A program made the position numbers and the translations under genes. Of a stretch of 64,000 nt of DNA, positions 1 through 8,987 are shown piece by piece. The DNA lies in the NCBI GenBank assembly GCA_035532785.1, contig DATKQJ010000027.1, positions 1,886-65,885 on the forward strand. The letters run 5' to 3'. The notes below the pieces were generated by a model that searched no databases, was not told the origin of the DNA, and was given only the letters and a program-made list of their open reading frames with translations. This DNA is from Candidatus Acidiferrales bacterium. GTDB taxonomy: Bacteria; Chloroflexota; Dormibacteria; Dormibacterales; Dormibacteraceae. The first letter of the stretch is position 1, and each line of letters starts with the position of its first letter.

Positions 1-797
1 AAGAGGTGGTACTTCTCGCAGAGCGAGCCCCAGAAGGCGGCCACCGCCTTCACCCGCGGGTCGTGGAGGGCCAGCCGCATCGCCCAGTAGGAGCCGAAAC
101 TGAGCCCATAGACGACCATTCCCTGGGGATCGATCTCAGGCCGCTTGAGCAGGTGGTCGATGGCGGCGCTGGCAGCCTCCTCGTAATTGGTGAGGGTCAG
201 CTTGGTGCCCCGCAGATTGCTCTCGCCCTGACCGGGACCATCAAACGAGAAGATGTGCATGCCTCGGGCGTGAGCCTGGTTGAAAAGTGGGCTGGGGTAC
301 ATCTCCTTGGTCTGATCGCAGCCGGGAATGTAGAACACGCAGGGGGCCAGCCCGCCTCCCGGGAGCAGGTGCAGGTTGCCGGAGACTGTGGTTCCGGCCC
401 ACTCGATGTCCAGATGCTCTATGCGATAGGGCGCCAGTTCGCGAACCTTGTCGTAGCAGCGGATCGACGAGCCGTGCAGATAGATCTTCTCGTCGGTGTT
501 CTTGAATATGGTGTGCTGGGCCTGGCCGAAAGCGGTGGCGGCGTCGAAGTATCGACTCAGCGCGGTCATTGCGTGACCCGCCGCCTCCTCCTCCCGCGCG
601 AGACGTTCCATGCGCAGGGCGCCGAGACCAACGTGCTTGCTGATCATCGCGTGACGGCGGACACTCTTGGGAAGCCGACCACGACCCTCGGTCTGGTAGT
701 GAAAGACCTTCCCCTGTTCCTGAATCATCCAGTCGAAGAACCACTGCTGACCGTCACGCGAAAGCTTTCCCGACCTCTCGGTCTCATCCGTCGACAT
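1..797 (-). CDS. alpha/beta-fold hydrolase, partial (3' end lies beyond the left edge)
   Basis: Absent from the ORF track because no stop lies in the window. Reverse-strand translation from ATG at 797 (GAGGAGA just upstream) reads MSTDETERSGKLSRDGQQWFFDW...GMHIFSFDGPGQGES...VVYGLSFGSYWAMRLA. G-L-S-F-G is a GxSxG nucleophile elbow. Confidence 0.7.
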   Translation of the reverse strand, partial: MSTDETERSGKLSRDGQQWFFDWMIQEQGKVFHYQTEGRGRLPKSVRRHAMISKHVGLGALRMERLAREEEAAGHAMTALSRYFDAATAFGQAQHTIFKNTDEKIYLHGSSIRCYDKVRELAPYRIEHLDIEWAGTTVSGNLHLLPGGGLAPCVFYIPGCDQTKEMYPSPLFNQAHARGMHIFSFDGPGQGESNLRGTKLTLTNYEEAASAAIDHLLKRPEIDPQGMVVYGLSFGSYWAMRLALHDPRVKAVAAFWGSLCEKYHL

Positions 798-1090
798 ATC
801 TCTCCTCGTCGCCACAGCGACCTCCGAAGTGAATCAAGCCGGAATCCCGCATGCCCGCCATGATGTGCCGTGAAGATCGTATGGCCTTGCCAAATCAGGA
901 GCAAGCCACGTCCGGAAATCGACCGGGCCGGGCCGCCTTCGTGGTCAGAGGCAGCGGTCGGACGCCCGAATCGGATGATCCCGATGCGCGGCAGCGACCG
1001 ATCCCATATAGTCGCGAGGTAAGCAAGCGCCCGGCGGCGGGTTCATCTCGCGGCCGAGGGCAGGACCGACGACGATTCCAGGAGGCAGCA

Positions 1091-1426
1091 ATGTCATTTC
1101 ATCGTTTCGACGACCTACCCAAAGAGGTCGTGACCCCCAAGCACTCAATGGCATTTGGAGAACTGCTCACGGGCGAGAAGATCGAGCTCGGCAGGCTCCA
1201 CTTCAACACGGGCGAGGGGGCGAATCCGCATCAGCATCCTCAGGAGCAGATCATGTTCATCGTCAAGGGGGCGCTCGAGGTGACCCTGGACGGAGAGACG
1301 GCCGTTCTGCGCCCGGGAGAGGCGTTCCACGCCACCCCGATGGTGCTGCACAACGTCACCGCCAAAGAAGACACGGACGTCCTCAGCTTCAAGTCGCTGG
1401 TCGACGGCGCCGGACACCGGATCTAG
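1091..1426 (+). CDS. cupin domain protein (111 aa)
   Basis: C-terminal part of track ORF 851..1426. ATG at 1091 is preceded by GGAGG (1081-1085). GEGANPHQHPQEQIMFIVKG...GEAFHATPMVLHNV resembles the two cupin motifs. The upstream Arg/Pro-rich extension looks non-coding. Confidence 0.8.
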   Translation: MSFHRFDDLPKEVVTPKHSMAFGELLTGEKIELGRLHFNTGEGANPHQHPQEQIMFIVKGALEVTLDGETAVLRPGEAFHATPMVLHNVTAKEDTDVLSFKSLVDGAGHRI

Positions 1427-1435
1427 CAACGTCAA

Positions 1436-1466
1436 GGGGCCGGCCGCTCAGGGAGCGGCTGGCCCC
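1436..1466. terminator. GC-rich hairpin between convergent genes (possible bidirectional terminator)
   Basis: ggggccggccgct-caggg-agcggctggcccc forms a 13-bp stem with one mismatch and a 5-nt loop. It starts 10 nt after the cupin stop. No clear U-tract. Confidence 0.35.
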
Positions 1467-1626
1467 TCCCGCGTCGAACCGCCCGGCTGCCGGTGCGCTC
1501 CCCCTCGGGACCCTCTGTTGCGTCCAATGCATTCCAATGAATGTTGACGCGCGCGCGCGAGGAAGCCCACAGCGGCCCGATCTCCGAGCGCAGCCGGCGA
1601 CCGACCATTACCGTCACTTCCCCGCC

Positions 1627-3375
1627 CTAGTCGCCCTCGGGGAGCCAACCCTTGGGATGGAATGCGGCAGGATCAGAGGCCACATCGATCAGGGTCGGAC
1701 GCCCGCTTGTCAAGGCTCGCTGCAGGGCCGGGGCGATGTCCGCCGGGCGTTCAACCCGAATTCCAAGACAGCCCATGTCGGTGGCACAGCGCGCGAAGTC
1801 GATGTTATCGAAGGTCCAGTTATGGATGGCGTGATCGGCACGCTCCGGGCCGTAGGCCTCCGGCCAGAAATGCTGCTCGCCGGCGTAGGCGCTGTTGTTG
1901 TTTACGACGAAGACGGCGTTGATCCCATTGCGGGCGGCGGTCTCCAGTTCGGCCAGATGATAGTAGGCGCCTCCGTCCCCCATGAATCCGATGACGGCTC
2001 GCTCGCCCAGGGCACACTTGGCGCCGATGGTGGCGGGCAGCGCCCATCCCAATGAGCCAGCGCAACGTGCATAGCGCTGGGCCGAGCTTTTGATGCCGAT
2101 CATGGTGGCGCCCCAGATCGCCGCCTGGAGGGTGTCCACGACGACCGCGCCGTCCGCCGGCAGCGCCTTCTCAATCTCCGCACAGATGCGCTCGGGTCGG
2201 ATCGGGACCGAGTCGGATTTCAGCGCTGGGGCCACCTCCTCTCGCCACGACCGCAGGTAGGCCTGCGCCTCGCCCACCCAGGCGCGGTGTTCGCGGGGCT
2301 GCACCTGCTGGATGAGGCGCAGGAGCGATGCCTTGGCGTCCCCTTGCAGGCCAACCGCGGTTTCGAGGTGCCGGCCGAGCTCCTCCGGGTTGATGTCGAG
2401 GTGAATGATTGCGGTGCCCGGCCGGGGCAGCTTCCAATTGGTGGTGACCATGCTGCCGGTGCGGCTTCCGACGTAGAAGATCAGATCGGCGGCCGCCACC
2501 ACCTGGTTGGCCGCCCGGCGCGAATAGAATCCCGTCACGCCAACGGCCAGGGGATGGTACTCGGCGATTGCCGCCTTGCCGCTCATCGAGGTGGCCACCG
2601 GCGCCGAGATCTTCTCGGCCAGGGCAACCACCTCGGCCTCCGCCCCGGAAGAGATCACCCCGCCGCCGGCGATGATGACGGGGCGCTCGGCGGCCTCCAG
2701 CATCCTGGCGGCGGCGGTGATGAGGTCGGCCTGGGCCTCTGGGCGAAAAGCGGGGATTCGACCGAAGCGGGGCTCGTAAGCACGTCCAGCCGCGGACTCC
2801 TCTTCAACGATCTGGCCGGAGTGGCCGCGCACCTCGAGGTGGACCGGTCCCGGTGATCCGCTGGTGGCGACTCGGAAGGCTTGCCGAGCAAGTTCGGGCA
2901 GACGGCTCGAGTGCTCCACGGAGGCCTGCCATTTCACAAGCGGGGCAAAACAACCGTAGTCCGCAATCTCCTGATATACGTGTCGAAACCGTGTCTCCTC
3001 GAACGGCCCTCCGGTGATCGCGATGACCGGGGAACACGCCATCTGGGCATCCTTCAAACCCGAGGCAAGGTTGGCGGCGCCCACGGTCTGGGCCAGGCAG
3101 ATCCCGGGCCGCCCGGAGACCCGGGCGTATCCATCCGCCATGTATGCCGCCGCTTTCTCACCGTGCGCCGAAACCGCCCGGATACCGAGGCGGTCAGCCT
3201 CGGCCAGGAGCGGCAGCATCATGGTGGGGACGAAGAACTGGTGGGTGACGCCGTAGGCGTGCAACATCTCGGCAAGCTGGCGCGATCCGGTCAGGCGGTC
3301 TCCTGGAGCCATTCCGGTCAGGGCCTCTTGGATGTGGAAGCGATTCGGTCGATCATGTGAGCCTCCGAATTTCAA
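1627..3375 (-). CDS. thiamine-diphosphate-dependent enzyme, acetolactate-synthase-like superfamily (paralog 1)
   Basis: HGEKAAAYMADGYARVSGRPGICLAQTVGAANLASGLKDAQMACSPVIAITGG is the N-terminal Pyr domain. GDGGAYYHLAELETAARNGINAVFVVNNN is the GDG...NN ThDP/Mg motif. TTG at 3375 overlaps the upstream stop; ATG at 3312 is an alternative start. Confidence 0.85.
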   Translation of the reverse strand: MKFGGSHDRPNRFHIQEALTGMAPGDRLTGSRQLAEMLHAYGVTHQFFVPTMMLPLLAEADRLGIRAVSAHGEKAAAYMADGYARVSGRPGICLAQTVGAANLASGLKDAQMACSPVIAITGGPFEETRFRHVYQEIADYGCFAPLVKWQASVEHSSRLPELARQAFRVATSGSPGPVHLEVRGHSGQIVEEESAAGRAYEPRFGRIPAFRPEAQADLITAAARMLEAAERPVIIAGGGVISSGAEAEVVALAEKISAPVATSMSGKAAIAEYHPLAVGVTGFYSRRAANQVVAAADLIFYVGSRTGSMVTTNWKLPRPGTAIIHLDINPEELGRHLETAVGLQGDAKASLLRLIQQVQPREHRAWVGEAQAYLRSWREEVAPALKSDSVPIRPERICAEIEKALPADGAVVVDTLQAAIWGATMIGIKSSAQRYARCAGSLGWALPATIGAKCALGERAVIGFMGDGGAYYHLAELETAARNGINAVFVVNNNSAYAGEQHFWPEAYGPERADHAIHNWTFDNIDFARCATDMGCLGIRVERPADIAPALQRALTSGRPTLIDVASDPAAFHPKGWLPEGD

Positions 3376-4307
3376 CGGATGACGAGGGGGTTGACGGGAG
3401 ATCCCACACCACCCTCAATGGGAAGCGTCGGGGCCGCGATCATGCTGCTGTAGCGCCCATCCTGGGCGCAGCTGGCGGCCAGCTGCTCCAGGTTGAACAT
3501 CTCCCCCACCATCAAACCGACATTGGCAATCGCCAGGCGATGCCAGGGTTGCACCATCTCAGCCACGGCGTTGGGCCGCACCTCAGCTCCCCAGGTGTCG
3601 GTGGCCACCGCAGCCAGCTCATGCTGCTTCAACCACAACGCCGTCTCCAGTGACAGACCGGGTGCGTCGCCGCCCGCAAAGGTCCCCCAACCCTGCTGGA
3701 AACAGCGCGCCATCTGGCCGGTTCGCACCAGCAAGAAGTCGGCGGATCTGAGGGTCACGCCCACGGATTCGAGGCAGGCGTCAAGATCTTGCGGAGTGAT
3801 CGATTCGCCGTCGGACAGCCAATCGACCTTCTTGAAGCGGGGCATGTCGAGCAGCACCGCCCGGCCCACCAGCTTGTCGTTGGTGGGCACGATACTGCAC
3901 TTCGAGGCTCCCCCCACCCCCACCAAACGCATGTCGTATCCATTCCACATGACGCCGTTATGGAACACGTGTCCCAGACAATCCCAGTGCGTAGCCCCAT
4001 GCACGGGCATTTCCAGCACGTCGTCGGCGTAGCCGTTGGCGCGACCGGCTACGGCGGAATCGGCCCCCGTGGCCAGCATCCAGTGCAGGGGATTGAAGCG
4101 CCCACCCTGACCCGTTATTTGCGGTCCGGATGGCCCGAACTTGATCGCGAGGGACAGAATCTGACCGGTCTTGACCTCGGCGGCGGCCGCCCGCGTCGTC
4201 TCCGGGTTCACGTAGTTCAAGGTTCCGATCTCGTCATCCGGGCCCCACCGCCCCCAGTTACGACAGGCGCGGGCCATCTCCTCCACCTCGGCCAAGGTCA
4301 CCATCAT
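3372..4307 (-). CDS. putative cyclase family hydrolase (kynurenine/aryl-formamidase-like)
   Basis: 311-aa ORF. HGATHWDCLGH fits the HxGTHxDxPxH metal motif of the 'putative cyclase' family. Overall length is typical. Confidence 0.85.
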   Translation of the reverse strand: MMVTLAEVEEMARACRNWGRWGPDDEIGTLNYVNPETTRAAAAEVKTGQILSLAIKFGPSGPQITGQGGRFNPLHWMLATGADSAVAGRANGYADDVLEMPVHGATHWDCLGHVFHNGVMWNGYDMRLVGVGGASKCSIVPTNDKLVGRAVLLDMPRFKKVDWLSDGESITPQDLDACLESVGVTLRSADFLLVRTGQMARCFQQGWGTFAGGDAPGLSLETALWLKQHELAAVATDTWGAEVRPNAVAEMVQPWHRLAIANVGLMVGEMFNLEQLAASCAQDGRYSSMIAAPTLPIEGGVGSPVNPLVIR

Positions 4308-4367
4308 CTCGCCACCTCCACCTTCACTCGCGGACCTGATCCAGCCGGTCGAATTCGCTCTTGCCGC

Positions 4368-5231
4368 TCAAACCAGGGAAGCCCGAAGCAAGCGTCCCCC
4401 GAGGGTCGTAACGTAGATGCTTCCCGGTGCGATGCAGCAGGACACCGGTGTCTCCGGCAAGGAGTTCGTGGTCACCAGCTGTCCTTCCGCCGAGAAGACG
4501 TAGATCATCGGGCCGGGGCCGGCCTCAATCGAACCTGCGCACAAATACAGCTCTCCCGCCGCTCCAAGACACATTCCCGATCCGCCCCGGTGGGGGCCGC
4601 GAGCGTCGGCACCGAATGTGTGCAGGACGATGGGACTACCCAGGCTCCCGTCCTCCGCTATCGGATATGAGCGCAGCTCCCGTCGGCCGGAGGGTGACGG
4701 ATCGTTGTCGGTCACGTACAGCCGGCTCGAATCAGGGGCAATCTGGACCGCCGCGGGATTGGTGGTATCCGACGTCATGCGCTCCAGCACCAGACTCCGA
4801 TTGGCCAGTGGCCTCAGTCGCAGAACGGACGCATGCTCCAGCCGGCCGTGCACCTGAGGACCGGGGGCCGGGATCGGGCTGTGGGGATCGCTGAACCAAA
4901 TCCGGGCGCTCGAATCGATGGTGAGATCGCGGGGGTGATTGTGAATTCGACCGCGCAGCCTGGACAGAAGCGGAGTGGTCGATCCGTCTGCGTTGAAGCG
5001 GACGATTCTCCGCGACCCACTCTGGGCACCGTACAGGTGGCCGTCAGGCCCATCGGAGAGCGCGCTGGTGCGGCTGGTGTAGCGGCGGAACTCGCCGACC
5101 GCGCCAGAGGAGGGATTGAAGGAGAGAATCCGGCTCTCGTCGACCGCGCAGAAGAGCACCAGATCCTCCCGCCAGATCAGGCCGGCCGCCTCCCCCTGGC
5201 AGGTGGCGACGGGCTCGAAGGCCAAGCTCAC
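4368..5231 (-). CDS. SMP-30/gluconolactonase/LRE-like beta-propeller protein (paralog B)
   Basis: Track ORF 4368..5291. GTG at 5231 forms a GTGA overlap with the upstream stop (5228-5230), so the shorter start is preferred. Repeated propeller-like blades: LYVTDND, GMCLGAAGELYLCAGS, IWFSDP. Confidence 0.75.
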   Translation of the reverse strand: MSLAFEPVATCQGEAAGLIWREDLVLFCAVDESRILSFNPSSGAVGEFRRYTSRTSALSDGPDGHLYGAQSGSRRIVRFNADGSTTPLLSRLRGRIHNHPRDLTIDSSARIWFSDPHSPIPAPGPQVHGRLEHASVLRLRPLANRSLVLERMTSDTTNPAAVQIAPDSSRLYVTDNDPSPSGRRELRSYPIAEDGSLGSPIVLHTFGADARGPHRGGSGMCLGAAGELYLCAGSIEAGPGPMIYVFSAEGQLVTTNSLPETPVSCCIAPGSIYVTTLGGRLLRASLV

Positions 5232-6136
5232 GGCACCACCGGGGGACCGACCGGGATGCCCGGAATGCCCAGGCGGAGGCGGTAGACGCATTCATAGGTG
5301 GTGATGTACAGGGTCCGCCAGTCATCATCGCCGAACGCCATATTGGTGGTGTGACCGGGCACCAGGATGCGACCCAGGAGGGCGCCGGCGGGATCGACGA
5401 CCTGAATGCCACCGGGCCCGGTGACGTACACGTTGCCGTCGCGGTCAACCTTCATGCCATCGGCCACGCCGGGCTCGTCGCCGACCAGGCTGTAGAAGAC
5501 CTCTCCCCCGCTCAGCTCCCCCGCCGGAGCGACCTTGAAGGCCCGAATGTGGGCGCGCCAGGTGTCGTTGACATAGAGCAGGGACTGATCGGGAGAAAAG
5601 CAGAGCCCGTTGGGATAGGAGACGTCGGCGATCGCCTCGGTCACCGTACCGTCTGGATCCAACCGGAATACGGGGTGGTTGTCCAGGTAGCGCTGTACGT
5701 CCGGGCCTTCCATCCCGGGAATGAAGAGGGCGCCGCTGGGATCGGTCCAATAGGTCACACCATCGGACCTGACGACGATGTCGTTGGGGGTGTTGATGCG
5801 CACTCCCCGATACTCCGAGGCCAGGGTCCGGACGAGGCCGTCTGGCTCGATTCGCCACACACTCCGCGATCCCCAACCGGCCACGACCAGTCGCCCTTGC
5901 CCGTCCAGGGTCATGCCGTTGGCCTTGCCGGACGGTCTCATGACCACCTGCTGGCCGACTCCCGGGATCCACCTCCAGATCGTGTCGCCGATGATGTCCA
6001 CCCAGTAGAAGGCGCGCTCCCGGGCGTTCCAGACCGGTCCCTCGCCAAAGGTCAGGCCGTGGGCCACCATCTCGAGATTGGAATCGGACGTCACGATACG
6101 GGCCAGTCCGCTGGTGGCCCGATCGGTGCCTACCAA
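5228..6136 (-). CDS. SMP-30/gluconolactonase/LRE-like beta-propeller protein (paralog A)
   Basis: MVAHGLTFGEGPVWNARERAFYWVDIIGDTIWRW...PNDIVVRSDGVTYWTDP...NGLCFSPDQSLLYVNDT...DGMKVDRDGNVYV. TTG at 6136 has GAGGA 7-8 nt upstream. The track start at 6181 would overlap the upstream ThDP gene. Confidence 0.8.
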   Translation of the reverse strand: MVGTDRATSGLARIVTSDSNLEMVAHGLTFGEGPVWNARERAFYWVDIIGDTIWRWIPGVGQQVVMRPSGKANGMTLDGQGRLVVAGWGSRSVWRIEPDGLVRTLASEYRGVRINTPNDIVVRSDGVTYWTDPSGALFIPGMEGPDVQRYLDNHPVFRLDPDGTVTEAIADVSYPNGLCFSPDQSLLYVNDTWRAHIRAFKVAPAGELSGGEVFYSLVGDEPGVADGMKVDRDGNVYVTGPGGIQVVDPAGALLGRILVPGHTTNMAFGDDDWRTLYITTYECVYRLRLGIPGIPVGPPVVP

Positions 6137-6146
6137 CGATCGATCC

Positions 6147-7832
6147 TCACGCCGCCGACCATCCCTTGGGATGGATGGCACTCGGATCGCTGACCACGTC
6201 GATCAGAACCGGCTTGTCCGCCGCCAGCCCGCGCCGGAGAGCATCAGCCAGAGTGTTGGCGCGGTCGACCCTGATTCCGATGCAGCCCATCTCCTCGGCG
6301 ATCTTGGCAAAGTTTATGTCTCCGAAATTCCAGCTCCGCAGGCCCTCTTCGGTCTGCTCACCGTGGTAGGGCTCATCCCAGATCACCCTCTCGCCGGCGT
6401 AGGCACCGTTGTTGTTGATCACGATGACGGCGTTGATTCCGTAACGCGCCGCCGTCTCCAGCTCGGCCAGATGGTAGTAGGCCCCTCCATCGCCGGTGAA
6501 GCCGACCACGGAGCGCCGGCCCAGCGCGCACTTGGCGCCGATCGCCGCCGGCAATCCCCAACCCAAGGAGCCGGCGCAGCGAATGAACCGCTGCTTGCCG
6601 CCGTTGAGCCCCATCATGCTTCCCGCCCAGATCGAGGCCTGGAGCGTGTCGACCACGACCGCCCCGTCGTCGGGTAGAACACGTGCGATCTCAGCGCAGA
6701 TCCGCTCTGGTCGAATCGGACTCTGCTCCGATTCCATCCTCGGCCGCACCTCGTCCCTCCAGCGCCTGACCAATTCCCGCGCATGTTCGATCCAGGAGGG
6801 GTTCGAGCGCGCTGCGGAGCGGGCGATGAGGCTGGTCAGGGTGACCTTCACATCCCCGTTGAGCGCAACCTTGGCGGGATAGTGGCGGCCCAACTCGGAT
6901 GGCTCGATGTCGAGGTGGATGACGGTCGTGCCGGGTCGGGGAATCTGCCAGTTGGTGGTCACCAGGCTACCCGCCCGGCTGCCGACGAAGAAGACCAAAT
7001 CGGCCGCATTCAGCACCTCGTTGGCACAGCGGCGGGAATAGAGCCCGCTGGAGCCGATGGAGAGAGGATGGGCATCAGGAATCGCGGATTTGGCGTTGAG
7101 CGAGGTGACGACCGGAATCGACAGCTTTTCGGCGATCTGAACCAATTCCGCCTCGGCGCCCGAATTGATCACGCCGCCCCCGGCCACGATCACCGGCCGG
7201 CTGGCCGCGGCCAGCTCCCTCAGCGCCTCGTCAATGGCGGCCGGTTCGGGCTGCGGTCGAAAGGCGGGGACGGCGGTGAAGCGCGGTTCCAAAATGAACT
7301 CCAGGTCCGCCTCGGAACTGATCGCCTGTCCCCAATGCCCTCGAACCTCCAGGTGAACCGGGCCCGGCGCCCCGGTCGTGGCCACCCGGAAGGCCTGCCG
7401 GACGAGGTCGGGAAGCCGCTCCACCGACTCGATGGAAGCGTGCCATTTGGTCACGTGGTCGAAGAAGGAGTAGTCCTTGATCTCCTGATAGACGTGCTTG
7501 AACCGGCTCTGGGTGTAGGGGCCGCCGGTGAGCGCGATCACTGGGGAGCCAGCCATGTAAGCGTCCTTCAATCCCGACGCCAGGTTGGCACCACCGACCG
7601 CCTGCGCCATGCACAGCCCGGGGCGGAGCGCAGCCCGGGCATAGCCGTCCGCCATGTAGGCGGCAGCCTTCTCACCATGTGCCGAGATGAGTCGAATCCC
7701 CAGGTGATCCATCTCGCTCAGGGCGGGCAGGAGCACAGTCGGGACGTGGAAGGAATGAGTCACGCCCGCGGCATGGATCACCCGAGCCAGGAAACGGTCG
7801 CCGGTGACCCGCTCGCTCCTGATCTCGCTCAT
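6147..7832 (-). CDS. thiamine-diphosphate-dependent enzyme, acetolactate-synthase-like superfamily (paralog 2)
   Basis: Collinear with the 1627..3375 product and roughly two-thirds identical by eye, with the same Pyr-domain and GDGGAYYHLAELETAARYGINAVIVINNN motifs. ATG at 7832 is preceded by a G-run; the track start is TTG at 7844. Confidence 0.85.
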   Translation of the reverse strand: MSEIRSERVTGDRFLARVIHAAGVTHSFHVPTVLLPALSEMDHLGIRLISAHGEKAAAYMADGYARAALRPGLCMAQAVGGANLASGLKDAYMAGSPVIALTGGPYTQSRFKHVYQEIKDYSFFDHVTKWHASIESVERLPDLVRQAFRVATTGAPGPVHLEVRGHWGQAISSEADLEFILEPRFTAVPAFRPQPEPAAIDEALRELAAASRPVIVAGGGVINSGAEAELVQIAEKLSIPVVTSLNAKSAIPDAHPLSIGSSGLYSRRCANEVLNAADLVFFVGSRAGSLVTTNWQIPRPGTTVIHLDIEPSELGRHYPAKVALNGDVKVTLTSLIARSAARSNPSWIEHARELVRRWRDEVRPRMESEQSPIRPERICAEIARVLPDDGAVVVDTLQASIWAGSMMGLNGGKQRFIRCAGSLGWGLPAAIGAKCALGRRSVVGFTGDGGAYYHLAELETAARYGINAVIVINNNGAYAGERVIWDEPYHGEQTEEGLRSWNFGDINFAKIAEEMGCIGIRVDRANTLADALRRGLAADKPVLIDVVSDPSAIHPKGWSAA

Positions 7833-7928
7833 GACCCCCCCCAACCTGAACTGGGACCAGGCCCGCCTGGCCGTCGGTGCGGCAGCGCCGCCCGGGTCAC
7901 GGGAGCCCTGCCTGCTAATCGGGCCGCG

Positions 7929-8906
7929 TCAGCCGTCGAAGCCAAACAACCCCGCCGGGTTAAGCTCCGCGACCTGCCTGGCGTCCTCCTCTCCGAGTGC
8001 GTCCAATACCTCTCGCATGGGCTCGGCGGGGGCCATGTCGAATGGGATGTCGGTACCCATGACGACGTTGGCCAGCCCCATCCGCTCCACCACGTAACGC
8101 AGCGCAGGCCCATCATGGGTGATGGTGTCGACCACCACCTGACCGCGATAGGCCCACGGATCCGCAGGCGATTCGGCCAGCTCGGAGCGCACCGTCGCGG
8201 CGTGCCGAAATCGTCCCGCCTGGAATGGAAAATAACCGCCGGCGTGGACCAACAGGATCTTGAGCCCGGGATGGTCGCGCAATACTCCGGCCCCGATCAG
8301 GCGCTCGATGGCAACCGTGGTCTCGAGAAGGTTTCCGATCACGTTGCGAAGGTAGAAGCGGTCGAAGCCCGGGTGCGGCTGACCGTAGGCGGGATGAATC
8401 ATGACCGGCAGCTTCAACTCCTCGGCCCGCGACCAGAAGGGCTCGAAGAAAGGATCGTCGAAATATCGACCCATTAGTGAGGTGGCTATCTCGACTCCAA
8501 CGCAGCCCTCCGCGAGCGACTGTTGGAGAATCGCCGCCGCCCGATCCGGGCTCTGCATGGGCACGCTCGCCATCCATCTCAGCCGATCCGGGGCGGTGGC
8601 ACACATCTGGGCGAGCCCGGCGTTCACCGCTGTGCTGAGTTGGTCGGCGAGAGTCTCATCGAGCTCGTAGCCAAAGATCATCGGCACTGCGGAGAGAACC
8701 GCCGCCTCCAGGCCGACGCGCTCCAGTTCGGCCAGCTTGACCGCGGGATCGCTGAACTTAGCGTCGAACCGAATCTTGAAGTAGGAGCTGGTGAGAACGT
8801 CACCGTTGATCTCCAGTCCAGACCCCGGGTTGGCACGGATGAGGTCTATGGCGGCGTCGGGCAGGGCGTGGTTGTGGGTGTCTATCTTCAAGCGCCTGGC
8901 CCCCAA
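7929..8906 (-). CDS. amidohydrolase-2 family protein (ACMSD/LigW-type decarboxylase or hydratase-like)
   Basis: N-terminal KIDTHNH (HxH metal motif). HAGGYFPFQAGR and a C-terminal MGTDIPFD (Asp ligand) are typical of the Amidohydro_2 TIM-barrel family. Confidence 0.85.
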   Translation of the reverse strand: MGARRLKIDTHNHALPDAAIDLIRANPGSGLEINGDVLTSSYFKIRFDAKFSDPAVKLAELERVGLEAAVLSAVPMIFGYELDETLADQLSTAVNAGLAQMCATAPDRLRWMASVPMQSPDRAAAILQQSLAEGCVGVEIATSLMGRYFDDPFFEPFWSRAEELKLPVMIHPAYGQPHPGFDRFYLRNVIGNLLETTVAIERLIGAGVLRDHPGLKILLVHAGGYFPFQAGRFRHAATVRSELAESPADPWAYRGQVVVDTITHDGPALRYVVERMGLANVVMGTDIPFDMAPAEPMREVLDALGEEDARQVAELNPAGLFGFDG

Positions 8907-8987
8907 GCCTTCATGGTCGGCTAGTATCCCACACCTCCGAGGGAACCCGGAGTCGCCGCGCCCACCGGGCCCGGCGACTCCCTGGCC

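Noticed and set aside
6-863. 285-aa plus-strand ORF at the left edge
   Set aside because: It is antisense to a well-supported alpha/beta hydrolase (GLSFG elbow, good RBS at 797). The product is Gly/Arg/Val/Leu-rich with no motif, a typical high-GC shadow ORF.
6783-8477. 564-aa plus-strand ORF
   Set aside because: It runs antisense across the ThDP enzyme and amidohydrolase-2 genes. It has Arg/Gly/Pro-rich low-complexity translation and no recognisable domain.
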